Assembly: GCA_035691205.1 (NCBI GenBank)
Contig: DASSJM010000017.1
Span: 9,481-73,480, forward strand
Source of the DNA: Actinomycetota bacterium
Lineage (GTDB): Bacteria; Actinomycetota; UBA4738; HRBIN12
Reading direction: 5' to 3'
Length of the DNA stretch: 64,000 nucleotides
Each line of letters starts with the position of its first letter. Position 1 is the stretch's first letter. This document shows positions 25,655-34,451 of this stretch, piece after piece. The position numbers were made by a program, and so were the translations under genes. The notes under the pieces were generated by a model. The model was not told where the DNA came from. It made no database searches and saw nothing but the letters and a program-made list of their open reading frames with translations.

Positions 25655-27427
25655 TCAGCCGGTGTCGACGCTCGCGTACGCGGGCCAGGAGCGGTCGCTG
25701 CCTGCGTAGATGGCCTCGACGAGGAACGAGCCGCCACCGAGTTCCGGGAGTGGCGCCTCGAACGAGCCGTCGGCGGCCGTCACCACGGTTCCAACCGGGA
25801 TGGACGCGGGCTCGAGCACCGCGATCGGCCGACCAACCTCTTGTGTCGGCGAGAGGAAGACGAGGGCGAAGTAGCCGGCGCTCTCCGACGAGGGCGAGAC
25901 GCGAGCGCCGAAGGTCGCCGTGAAGGTCGCGCCCGGCGTGACCGGGAAGGCGGTCGAGTTGGCGGCGGCGACCTCCGAGGCAGTGGCCTGCACGTGGAGC
26001 ATGTTGATGCCACCCCGGTCGCTCGGCTGGAGCTCGATCGTCGCGTCACCCCATACGCTCCATCCGTCCAGACCCGCGTCGAAGTCGCCGTTCGGCACGC
26101 GGTTCGTCGTCTGGAGACCCTGCGTGTACCTCGCCTCATAGAGCGTGAGGTCGGCCGGCGACGCGCACCCGCACTCGGTGTTGACACGGAACGCCGCGAT
26201 CCCCTCCACCGCGCCTTCGGGGACCGTTCCGCCGAACGTGTACTCGGCGAACGCACCTTCGCCGGAGCTCGGAGTCGCGGAGACGACGACCTCAGCGTCG
26301 GCGATCGGCGCGCCGCCCACCTTCCGGAGCTCGCCGGTGACCAGGGTGCCCGTCGGGTCCGTGCCAAGCTCGAGCTCGGTTCGCGTGCGGAAGTAGCGGC
26401 CGATGAGCCACGTGAACGTGCCCGGTCGTGTCTCGGGGAGAACCCGATCGGGGAGGTCGGACCAGGACTGGAAGATGACGTGGCTCAGTCGGCCGCCCTC
26501 GAGGACCTCGTACTCCGCCATACGGGCCTCGGCTCGCTCCGCCCAGTCCAGGTCGGTCATCGGCGGCGAGCCGCCGCCGTCGTAGATCACCCCGAAGTCG
26601 ATCCCGCGGCCGCGCGCGAAGCGCTCCAGCTCGGCCACCGCCTCGGGCCATCCCTGCATGTACCACCCGATGTCCACGTGGAAGAAGGGCAGCTCGTGCC
26701 CGGTCACGCGCGCGAAGGTACGCATCCAATCCTTGTAGGACTCGACCTGATCGATCGAGGTGAGCGGCTCGATGTCGCCGACCACGACGCGGGGGTCGGT
26801 GTCGCGTACCGCGGCGAGGAACCGCTTCACCTTCTTCGCGACCTTCGCCACCGGCCAGTGGCACGCCTGTGGTCCGTCGTACAGGCTCGCGTAGTAGAGC
26901 GGCTCGTCCATCGCGATGTACTCCACCGAGGCGCCCGCGTCGCGGATACGGTCGATCACGAGGGGCCCATTCGTCGGTCCGTGCGAGAACCCCTCGACGT
27001 CCAGGCCGCACTCGTTCGTCGGGTTCAGCGGCCCGACCTCGAACGCGATGTCGAACCCGCGTCGTTCGAGGTCGGTGACCACCTTGCGGATGCGTGCGTC
27101 CGTCGCGGTCACGCTGTTCAAGATCCATCCGCCGTAGATCTTGAAGACGTCCACGTGCCCGGCCGCCTTCTTCCACGGGGCGTCGCGCTCGAACAGGTCG
27201 AAGAAGTCCACCGACCCGTGCGCGAGCTCACCGGGAGGCTCGTCCTGAAGCGGGGCGAACCACACCTCGTGGCCGCTCGGTGCGGCCGGTCGAGCCGACG
27301 CGATCCTCGCTTCCCTCGGCGCGTATCCCTCGGGGGCGATCGCGCCGGCACCCGCTGGGATGGCGATCGACCCGCTGAGGACGACCAGTGCGATGATGCT
27401 CGTCAGGCTCCGTAGGGGCTTGCCCAT
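25655..27427 (-). CDS. Secreted hypothetical protein: N-terminal TIM-barrel-like (possible glycoside hydrolase) domain and a C-terminal beta-sandwich/CBM-like domain
   Basis: Signal peptide MGKPLRSLTSIIALVVLSGSIAIPAGAGA. 590 aa. Function inferred weakly from composition and architecture only. Confidence 0.7.
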   Translation of the reverse strand: MGKPLRSLTSIIALVVLSGSIAIPAGAGAIAPEGYAPREARIASARPAAPSGHEVWFAPLQDEPPGELAHGSVDFFDLFERDAPWKKAAGHVDVFKIYGGWILNSVTATDARIRKVVTDLERRGFDIAFEVGPLNPTNECGLDVEGFSHGPTNGPLVIDRIRDAGASVEYIAMDEPLYYASLYDGPQACHWPVAKVAKKVKRFLAAVRDTDPRVVVGDIEPLTSIDQVESYKDWMRTFARVTGHELPFFHVDIGWYMQGWPEAVAELERFARGRGIDFGVIYDGGGSPPMTDLDWAERAEARMAEYEVLEGGRLSHVIFQSWSDLPDRVLPETRPGTFTWLIGRYFRTRTELELGTDPTGTLVTGELRKVGGAPIADAEVVVSATPSSGEGAFAEYTFGGTVPEGAVEGIAAFRVNTECGCASPADLTLYEARYTQGLQTTNRVPNGDFDAGLDGWSVWGDATIELQPSDRGGINMLHVQATASEVAAANSTAFPVTPGATFTATFGARVSPSSESAGYFALVFLSPTQEVGRPIAVLEPASIPVGTVVTAADGSFEAPLPELGGGSFLVEAIYAGSDRSWPAYASVDTG

Positions 27428-27504
27428 CCGCTCCTTCCCGACGTGCGCGTTCCGCGCAGCGTCTTACACCAGACGGCTCGAGGGCGCAACGGCGGATGGG
27501 GCGC

Positions 27505-29433
27505 CTACGCGGCAAGGACGACCGCGAGCGCCGTGATCGCGATGTAGATCGCGAGCCCGCCGGCCACCAGCATCACCCGCAGCGAGCGCTGGATCGGCGA
27601 CCGGCCGAACGCGTAGTAGGCGATGGGACCGAACAGCGGCACGACAATCACGACCAGCATCCACAGCACGCGTGTGCGGTTGGGCACCGCGTCCTGGCGC
27701 ACGAGGTCCCACAAGGCGATCGAGATCCACGCGGAGTACAGGATCAGCGGCAGCGCGTAGGCGTACAGGCCGAGCAGGATCCCGAAGAACCCGGTGGCGA
27801 GCGGTATCCCGAGCACGGTGACCTCCTGGGAGACGTCGGACGACGCGGGCACGTCGAGCGTGCGGGCGTCGCGGATCTGGATCCGGTGCGGAACGCCGGT
27901 TTCGGCGATCGCGGGCGAGGGCGGCGCGTCCTCGGCGCCGGGCATGTTCTCCTGTGGCGGGGGCGGGGGCTGCGAGCGCCAGTCGCCGGTCTCCACGTCG
28001 CCGAGCGCCGCGTGCAGGTACCGCTCGAGCGGACCGAAGACCGCGCCGAGGGAGCCGCCGGGGACCTTCGCGAGCGGTGAGTCGCATCCGGCGCGCCACT
28101 CGATCGCCGCCGGCAGGCTCGTCGAGAAGTCGTTCCCGGCGAAGCAGTCTCCTCCCGCGGTCGGCGCGCCGAGCAGGAGGTCGGCGTCGCCGGAGCCCCG
28201 GACGACGTTGTCGCGGATCTCGTTCCCCTCGGTCAGCCACAGGTTCTCGTCGGGCGAGGGCAGGAGCGCGATGCCGAAGTTCACGTGATCCTCGACGAGG
28301 TTCTGGGTGACCACGTTGTCGCGCCCGCCGTTGACGATGATCCCGGTGCCGAGCGACGGGTACTGCAGGTCGTAGGCGGGCGCACCCTCGTTGTTGTTGT
28401 CGTGGACCCAGTTCCCCGCGATCACCATGCCGTGCTGCGGCGCGAGCTCCTCGGAGTCGAGCGTGTTGGGCACGATCCCGCTCATGTTGTTCCGCCACTC
28501 CGAGTTGACGACGAACATCTGCCCGCCGGCGTTGGTGCCGCTGAAGCCGAGCGCGTTGTTCTCGGCGAGCACGTGGGTCACCACCGAGTGGCACGGGAAG
28601 CATTGGCCGACGTAGAACCCCGAGTCCGGGTGCCCGCTCGCGTAGGAGTGGTCGAACTGACCGTAGACCGAGTCGTACGCGAAGAGGCCGTAGTCCCCGT
28701 TGTTGAACGCGGTGAGGTAGGAGCCGCGGTAGCCGAACACGCTCGACCAGTAGAACCCGTTGAGCAGGTAGTGGCGCGCGGTGAGGTTCTCGATCGCGAC
28801 GCCGTCGGCCTCGATCACCTGGATGCCGTTGTCGAGCGTGAACCCGCCCTCCAGGATCGTCTCGTTGCGGTCCAGGCCCCGGATCGTGAGGAACGGCGTC
28901 GTGACGAGCACGGCCTCCTCATACACGCCGGGGGAGATGAGCACGATGCCGCCGGGCTCGGCCGCGTCGACGGCCGCTTGGATCGTCGGCGCGTCCTGCG
29001 GGACCCGGATCTCGTCGCCGGGGAGCCCGGGCGGGACCTCGCGGCCGGGCCCGACCTCGCCTGCACCGCCCGGCAGCGACGCGTCGCCGACCAGGACGAC
29101 ACCGACCATCCCGATCCCAGGGGCCCCGTGGAGCGTGCAGTGGTACGGGAAGGCGCCCTCTGCGTCGAAGGTATGCCCGAACCCCTCATCGGGTCCGAGG
29201 TCCTCCGACGCGAAGGACCCGTCGTCGGCGGTGATGTTGTGCAGGGTTCGTCCGTCGTTGGTCCATTCGATCTCGCCGCCGACCGGGATACGGACGACCC
29301 TCGGGTCGAACACGTTGTCGATCGCGGAGACACCCTCAGAACCATCGTCGGAGGTGCCCCGGGCGGGCGCGGCGGGAAGTGCCAGCGCGAGGAGGACCGA
29401 GAGAGCGAGGGCGGCGCGCAGGCGGGGGCGCAT
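27505..29433 (-). CDS. Fusion protein: signal peptide, type-1-copper cupredoxin domain, right-handed beta-helix (NosD/PbH1-like) domain and a C-terminal PLDc_N-type membrane anchor
   Basis: Start MRPRLRAALALSVLLALALPAAPA at ATG 29433. Cu site LHNITAD...YHCTLHGAPGIGMVGVV (H/C/H/M). PbH1-like repeats (NNMSGIV, GNWVHDNN, VTQNLVEDHVNFGIAL). C-terminal 2TM with WMLVVIVVPLFGPIAYYAFGR (PLDc_N motif). Confidence 0.8.
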   Translation of the reverse strand: MRPRLRAALALSVLLALALPAAPARGTSDDGSEGVSAIDNVFDPRVVRIPVGGEIEWTNDGRTLHNITADDGSFASEDLGPDEGFGHTFDAEGAFPYHCTLHGAPGIGMVGVVLVGDASLPGGAGEVGPGREVPPGLPGDEIRVPQDAPTIQAAVDAAEPGGIVLISPGVYEEAVLVTTPFLTIRGLDRNETILEGGFTLDNGIQVIEADGVAIENLTARHYLLNGFYWSSVFGYRGSYLTAFNNGDYGLFAYDSVYGQFDHSYASGHPDSGFYVGQCFPCHSVVTHVLAENNALGFSGTNAGGQMFVVNSEWRNNMSGIVPNTLDSEELAPQHGMVIAGNWVHDNNNEGAPAYDLQYPSLGTGIIVNGGRDNVVTQNLVEDHVNFGIALLPSPDENLWLTEGNEIRDNVVRGSGDADLLLGAPTAGGDCFAGNDFSTSLPAAIEWRAGCDSPLAKVPGGSLGAVFGPLERYLHAALGDVETGDWRSQPPPPPQENMPGAEDAPPSPAIAETGVPHRIQIRDARTLDVPASSDVSQEVTVLGIPLATGFFGILLGLYAYALPLILYSAWISIALWDLVRQDAVPNRTRVLWMLVVIVVPLFGPIAYYAFGRSPIQRSLRVMLVAGGLAIYIAITALAVVLAA

Positions 29434-29493
29434 CGCGGCCGAGGCTAGCACCCGTGCACGACCCGACCGTGGAGCGGGTACCGTGGGTACGCC

Positions 29494-30888
29494 ATGCCGA
29501 CCGAACGCTTCACCGCCCTGGACGCCTCGTTCCTGTACCTGGAGAGGCCCGCGATGCACATGCATGTGGCCGGGCTCTCGGTGTTCGATCCCTCGACGCG
29601 CCCGCGCGGGCCGCTGCGGTTCGAGGACGTGGCGAACGTCTTCGCCACGCGGTTGCACCTCGCGCCGCGCCTGCGACAGAAGGTCAAGACCGTGCCCTTC
29701 GGGCTCGGGTTGCCGGTCTGGGTCGACGACGCGGCGTTCGACCTTGGTTTCCACGTCCGCAGGGCGGCGCTGCCCTCGCCGGGCGGCCGACGCGAGCTCG
29801 CCGAGCAGGTCCAGCGCGTGCTCTCGCGCCCGCTCGATCGCTCCAAGCCCCTGTGGGAGCTCTACGTGATCGAGGGCCTCGAGGACGGCCACGTGGCCAC
29901 GCTCATGAAGGTCCACCACGCGATGATCGACGGCCTGTCGGGGATGCACCTCACGGCCGCGATGTTCGACCTGTCGCGCGAGCCGCGCGACGAACCGCCG
30001 CCGCCAGCGTGGGAGCCGGCGCCGGAACCCACGCCCCAGGACCTGCTGCGCGAGGCGTCCGAGGACCTCGTGACGCACCCCGCGCAGGCCCTCGCCCAGG
30101 CGTTCGAGGCGGTCCGGCGGACGCCCGCGCTCGCGGCCCTGGGTCTCGGCGCGGTGCTCTCGGGGTTCCGCAGCATCCTGGACATGGGCGCCCGTCCGGC
30201 CTCGCCGCTCGATGTGCGGATCGGACCCAACCGCCGGTTCGCGATGACCGATGCCCCGCTGCAGCGCTTCAAGGACATCAAGGACTCGCTCGGAGGTACG
30301 GTGAACGACGTCGTCCTGACGGTCGTCGGCGGGGCCCTGCACCGACTGCTGAAGGAGCGGAAGGAGCCGACCAAGGGGCGCACGCTCAGGGTCATGGTGC
30401 CGGTGTCGGTGCGCTCGGGCGGCGACGGTCCGCTCGGCAACCGCGTCGCGCCGGCGTTCATCGACCTGCCGGTCGGTCCCCTCGGGCCCAAGCGCCGGCT
30501 CGCCCTCGTCCGTGAGGGGACGCGCCACCTCAAGGAGTCGATGATGGCCATGAGCGCGGACACGATCATCGGACTGGGCGCGTACGCGCCGGGCGGGCTC
30601 CTCGCCGGGGCGGCGCGGTTGGCCAGCCGGGGGCCGTGGTTCAACCTCACGGTCTCCAACATCCCGGGTCCGCCCCAGCCCCTGTACATGGCCGGCGCCC
30701 GGCTGGTGGCCCAGTATCCGGCGATCCCGCTGGGTGAGAACTCGGCGCTATCGATCGCGTGTACCTCGCTCGGCGGGACGATGGCGTTCGGGCTGACCGG
30801 CGACTGGGACGGCATCCCGGACCTGGAGCGCCTCGCGTTCGCCCTGGACGAGTCCCTCGCCGAGATCTCGAAGGCCGCCGGCCTCTAG
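29494..30888 (+). CDS. Wax ester synthase/diacylglycerol acyltransferase (WS/DGAT)
   Basis: HHAMIDGLSG (HHxxxDG active site). 464 aa. Confidence 0.9.
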   Translation: MPTERFTALDASFLYLERPAMHMHVAGLSVFDPSTRPRGPLRFEDVANVFATRLHLAPRLRQKVKTVPFGLGLPVWVDDAAFDLGFHVRRAALPSPGGRRELAEQVQRVLSRPLDRSKPLWELYVIEGLEDGHVATLMKVHHAMIDGLSGMHLTAAMFDLSREPRDEPPPPAWEPAPEPTPQDLLREASEDLVTHPAQALAQAFEAVRRTPALAALGLGAVLSGFRSILDMGARPASPLDVRIGPNRRFAMTDAPLQRFKDIKDSLGGTVNDVVLTVVGGALHRLLKERKEPTKGRTLRVMVPVSVRSGGDGPLGNRVAPAFIDLPVGPLGPKRRLALVREGTRHLKESMMAMSADTIIGLGAYAPGGLLAGAARLASRGPWFNLTVSNIPGPPQPLYMAGARLVAQYPAIPLGENSALSIACTSLGGTMAFGLTGDWDGIPDLERLAFALDESLAEISKAAGL

Positions 30889-31796
30889 GCGGGCAGGCGG
30901 TCCAGCCACTCCCGGGCGGCCACGAGCCAGCGCTCCGGCGCCTCCATCTGCGGGACGTGGCCGACGCCCGGCAGCACGCAGAGGTCCCACCAGGGGTGCG
31001 AACGGACGGCGGCGCGCGCGTATCCGATGGGGACCAGGCGATCCTGGTCGCCGTGGATCGCGAGCACCGGCGCCTCGATCCCGTCCAGGATCCACCGGGT
31101 GATCTCGGGGCGACGGCGGAGCGACATCAGCGAGCGCGCGGCCTCGAGGAAGGCCGCCCCGGCGTCGGGGTTCCGTTGGTGGCGGACGAGCTGCTCGACG
31201 TGCAGCCGGACGAGGTCCTCGGGGATCGTCGAGGGATCGGCGGCGATGATCCGCAGGCCGAGCTCGACGGCGCGCTCGGCCTCGAGGCGCGTGATCCGCT
31301 GATGGGCGGCCCACTCGCCGACTCTGGGCACCTGGTAGAGGGCGAACCCCGCGACCACGATCGGAGCGGGGAGGTGTCCCCGGGCGTAGGGGAAGACCGA
31401 GTTCGACAGGATCAGACCCTGGACCGAGTCCGGCTCGAGCGCGGCCTGGAGCATCGCGATCGCCCCGCCCATCGAGTTCCCGGCGAGCACCACCGGCCCC
31501 CCGCCCGCGACCCCGCTTACGAACCGCGACACGAGCGCGCGCTGATCGGTCAGGCGGCTGCGGTGGCCGTCGCGGCTCGTTCGGCCGAACCCGTACAGGT
31601 CCATCGCGAGGACCCGCCCGTGCCGAGCGAGCTCGGGGGCGACCAGCAGCCACGAGAGGAGCGAGCCGCCGAGCCCGTGGACCAGCACGAACGTCCGCTC
31701 CGCGGGTCCATCCCACTCCACGTAGTGGACGGGTCCGTCTAGATCGGCGAACCGGCTCGGCGGCACCGCGATCGGCTGATGCATCGGCTCCATCAT
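30885..31796 (-). CDS. Alpha/beta hydrolase
   Basis: Start MMEPMHQP at 31796. VLVHGLGGS. GNSMGG nucleophile elbow. The ORF-track 817-aa extension was rejected. Confidence 0.85.
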   Translation of the reverse strand: MMEPMHQPIAVPPSRFADLDGPVHYVEWDGPAERTFVLVHGLGGSLLSWLLVAPELARHGRVLAMDLYGFGRTSRDGHRSRLTDQRALVSRFVSGVAGGGPVVLAGNSMGGAIAMLQAALEPDSVQGLILSNSVFPYARGHLPAPIVVAGFALYQVPRVGEWAAHQRITRLEAERAVELGLRIIAADPSTIPEDLVRLHVEQLVRHQRNPDAGAAFLEAARSLMSLRRRPEITRWILDGIEAPVLAIHGDQDRLVPIGYARAAVRSHPWWDLCVLPGVGHVPQMEAPERWLVAAREWLDRLPA

Positions 31797-31871
31797 CCGA
31801 CCTCGGCGATCGGGTCGACCAGGGCAAGGCTCCGCAAGCCCGCATCGCGCGCCCTGGCTAGACTCCGACCC

Positions 31872-33197
31872 ATGGTCACCGTTCGGCTGCGGCCGCCGCT
31901 CCGCGAGCGCGCCGAGGGTCTGGGGGAGGTCCGGGTTCCGGGGACGACGGTCGCGGAGGCCCTGCGGGCGCTCGAGGCCGATCACCCTCGTCTGGCGGGG
32001 TGGGTGCTCGACGACCGCGGCCGCATCCGCGAGCACGTAGCGGTCTTCCTGGATGGCGAGCGCGTGAGCGGCGACGAGGCGGTCGCCGGCGACGACCGCC
32101 TGGAGATCGTCGGCGCCGTGTCCGGCGGGAGCGATGAGGCCGAGGTGCTCGTCGGGACCAAGAAGGGCCTCTTCGTGCTGCGCGGGCCGCGCGGCGGCGC
32201 GCTTCGGATCGCGACCCGGGCCTTCGCGGGCCAGTCGGTGGAGTTCGCGATCCGCGATCCGCGCACCGGGCGGTACCTCGCCAGCGTGACCCACGGGCAG
32301 TTCGGCCCTCGGGTGTTCTGGACCGAGGACCCGGCGGGGGAGTGGGAGCAGACCGATGGCCCGCGCTTCCCCGAGGACACGGATGCCAGCGTCGAGCGCA
32401 TCTGGGTCATCACGCCCGGCGAGGCCGAGGATCTCGTCTACGCCGGGGTGGACCCCGCCGCGCTCTTCGAGAGCCGAGACGGAGGGATGACGTGGGAGCT
32501 GAACCGGGGATTGTGGGACCAGCCGAGCAGGTCCGAGTGGATCCCGGGTCTGGGCGGCCTGATGGTCCACTCGATCTGCCCCTGGCCGGGCGACCCCAGC
32601 CGCCTCGCGGTCGGGATCTCCGCGGTCGGCGTATGGGTGACCGAGGATGGTGGCGCGACCTGGGTGGTGGGCAACGAGGGGATCGTGCCGCGCTACCTGC
32701 CCGAGGAGGCGCGTTCGCAGCCGCTCGGCCGGTGCATCCACCACCTCGAGCGCGCACCGCTCCGCCCGGAGCGCGTCTTCATGCAGTTCCACGGAGGCGT
32801 GTACCGGTCCGACGACGCCGGGATGACGTGGACGAGCATCGCGGAGGGCCTCCCCAGCGACTTCGGGTTCCCGCTGGTCGTGGACCCTAGGGATCCGGAC
32901 TCCGCCTACGTGATCCCGTTGAACGCCGACGCGGACCGCGTCTCGGCCGAGGGGCGCCTGCGCGTCTTCGAAACCCGCGATGCCGGTGGCACCTGGACGG
33001 CGCGTTCCGAGGGGCTTCCGCAGTCCGACGCGTACCTGACGATCCTGCGGCAGGCGTTCGGCGCAGACGCGCGGGACCCGATGGCGCTGTGGTTCGGGGC
33101 GACCTCCGGCGAGGTGTATGGCTCCGACGACGCCGGCGCCACGTGGCACCTGGCGGCCCGTGACCTGGCGCCCGTGCTGTCCGTCCGCCCGAGCTGA
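31872..33197 (+). CDS. Fusion: MoaD/ThiS-like beta-grasp domain ending in Gly-Gly, joined in frame to a BNR/Asp-box beta-propeller (sialidase-like or Ycf48-like)
   Basis: N-terminal 85 aa MVTVRLRPPLRERAEGLGEVRVPGTTVAEALRALEADHPRLAGWVLDD...DRLEIVGAVSGG. Six SxDxGxTW-like repeats follow (SRDGGMTWEL, TEDGGATWVV, RSDDAGMTWTSI, TRDAGGTWTA, GSDDAGATWHL). One continuous frame. Confidence 0.8.
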   Translation: MVTVRLRPPLRERAEGLGEVRVPGTTVAEALRALEADHPRLAGWVLDDRGRIREHVAVFLDGERVSGDEAVAGDDRLEIVGAVSGGSDEAEVLVGTKKGLFVLRGPRGGALRIATRAFAGQSVEFAIRDPRTGRYLASVTHGQFGPRVFWTEDPAGEWEQTDGPRFPEDTDASVERIWVITPGEAEDLVYAGVDPAALFESRDGGMTWELNRGLWDQPSRSEWIPGLGGLMVHSICPWPGDPSRLAVGISAVGVWVTEDGGATWVVGNEGIVPRYLPEEARSQPLGRCIHHLERAPLRPERVFMQFHGGVYRSDDAGMTWTSIAEGLPSDFGFPLVVDPRDPDSAYVIPLNADADRVSAEGRLRVFETRDAGGTWTARSEGLPQSDAYLTILRQAFGADARDPMALWFGATSGEVYGSDDAGATWHLAARDLAPVLSVRPS

Positions 33198-33462
33198 ATC
33201 CAGCCCGCGTGCGTCGCCAACCGTGAGGGCGACCCCGGGACAGGTGCTCTGACCTGGCCCGATATGGGAATACGGGGCATCTTCACGGTGTCTCAACACG
33301 TGAGGCCCTTTACAGGAGCAGCGGACTGCATCTACCATGGGTCCCCGGAGGCCCGGGGAGGCCGGTTTCTGTGCGTCCCGGCCCTGTTCGTCGAGATGGT
33401 CCCGAAGACCTCAGAGGGGCGAAGCGCGCTCCACGGAGGCTTCGAGGAGGAGAGTGAAGTTC

Positions 33463-34395
33463 ATGCCAGAGCCAGCACGCCCGCTCGGAACGGATGACGC
33501 CGACGACCTTCGGCTGTACCTGGAGGCGGCGGCGCGCGAGCCTCTCCTCACCAAGGAGGAGGAGGTCGAGCTCGCCATCCTGATCGAGCACGGCAAGGAG
33601 GCCGAGGAGCGCCTGCGCGCCGGCCGCCTGCGTTCGGAGAAGTCCATCATGAAGGCCCGCCAGGAGGTCCGGAAGGCCGAGGCCGCCCGCCAGCGCTTCA
33701 TCATGGCCAACCTGCGACTGGTGGTCTCCGTCGCCCGCAAGTACCAGGGCCAGGGGCTGCCGCTGCTGGACCTCATCCAGGAGGGCAACATCGGCCTGAT
33801 GCGCGCCGTCGAGCTGTTCGACTGGCGCCGGGGGTTCAAGTTCTCGACCTACGCCACGTGGTGGATCCGCCAGGGCATCACCCGGGCGATCGCCGACCGG
33901 TCGCGCTCGATCCGGCTGCCGGTCCACATCCACGACCGCCTGCGCAAGCTCAACCGCACGCGGTTCCAGTTCGCCCAGTCCATGGGGCGCGAGCCGTCCC
34001 GCGAGGAGCTCGCCAAGGCCCTGGACACCACGGTGGAGGAGATCGACGACCTCACGGAGATGGGCCGGCGCGAGCCGCTGTCGCTGCAGTCGCCCGTGGG
34101 CGAGGACACCGAGCTCGGCGACCTCATCGAGGAGGTCGACTCGGACGCGGCGTTCAACGAGGTGGAGGACGCGCTGCTCCGCGAGGAGATCGGGACGGCC
34201 GTGGACCGCGTGCTCGACGAGCGTGAGCGCCACGTGGTCGCGCTGCGGTACGGGCTCGAGAACGGGCAGCCGCTCTCGCTGCGCGAGACCGGCAAGGTGC
34301 TCGGGCTGTCCGGCGAGCGGGTCCGTCTGATCGAGCGCGAGGCGCTGCGCAAGCTGCGCGACTCCAACCTGATCTCGGCCGTCGCGGCGATGTAG
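33463..34395 (+). CDS. RNA polymerase sigma factor, sigma-70 family (group 1/2, HrdB/SigB-like)
   Basis: Regions 2.x-4.2: [59 protein letters not shown] gaggaggag before the ATG. Confidence 0.9.
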   Translation: MPEPARPLGTDDADDLRLYLEAAAREPLLTKEEEVELAILIEHGKEAEERLRAGRLRSEKSIMKARQEVRKAEAARQRFIMANLRLVVSVARKYQGQGLPLLDLIQEGNIGLMRAVELFDWRRGFKFSTYATWWIRQGITRAIADRSRSIRLPVHIHDRLRKLNRTRFQFAQSMGREPSREELAKALDTTVEEIDDLTEMGRREPLSLQSPVGEDTELGDLIEEVDSDAAFNEVEDALLREEIGTAVDRVLDERERHVVALRYGLENGQPLSLRETGKVLGLSGERVRLIEREALRKLRDSNLISAVAAM

Positions 34396-34422
34396 CCGGG
34401 CCGGCCATCGGGAGACGCCGGA

Positions 34423-34449
34423 GGGGCGGGCCGCAAGCCCGCCCCTTCC
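34423..34449 (+). terminator. GC-rich hairpin (9-bp stem GGGGCGGGC/GCCCGCCCC, loop CGCAA) followed by TT, between the sigma factor and the aminotransferase
   Basis: Perfect inverted repeat seen directly, immediately after the sigma factor stop. Weak U-tract, as is common in high-GC genomes. Confidence 0.45.
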
Positions 34450-34451
34450 GC

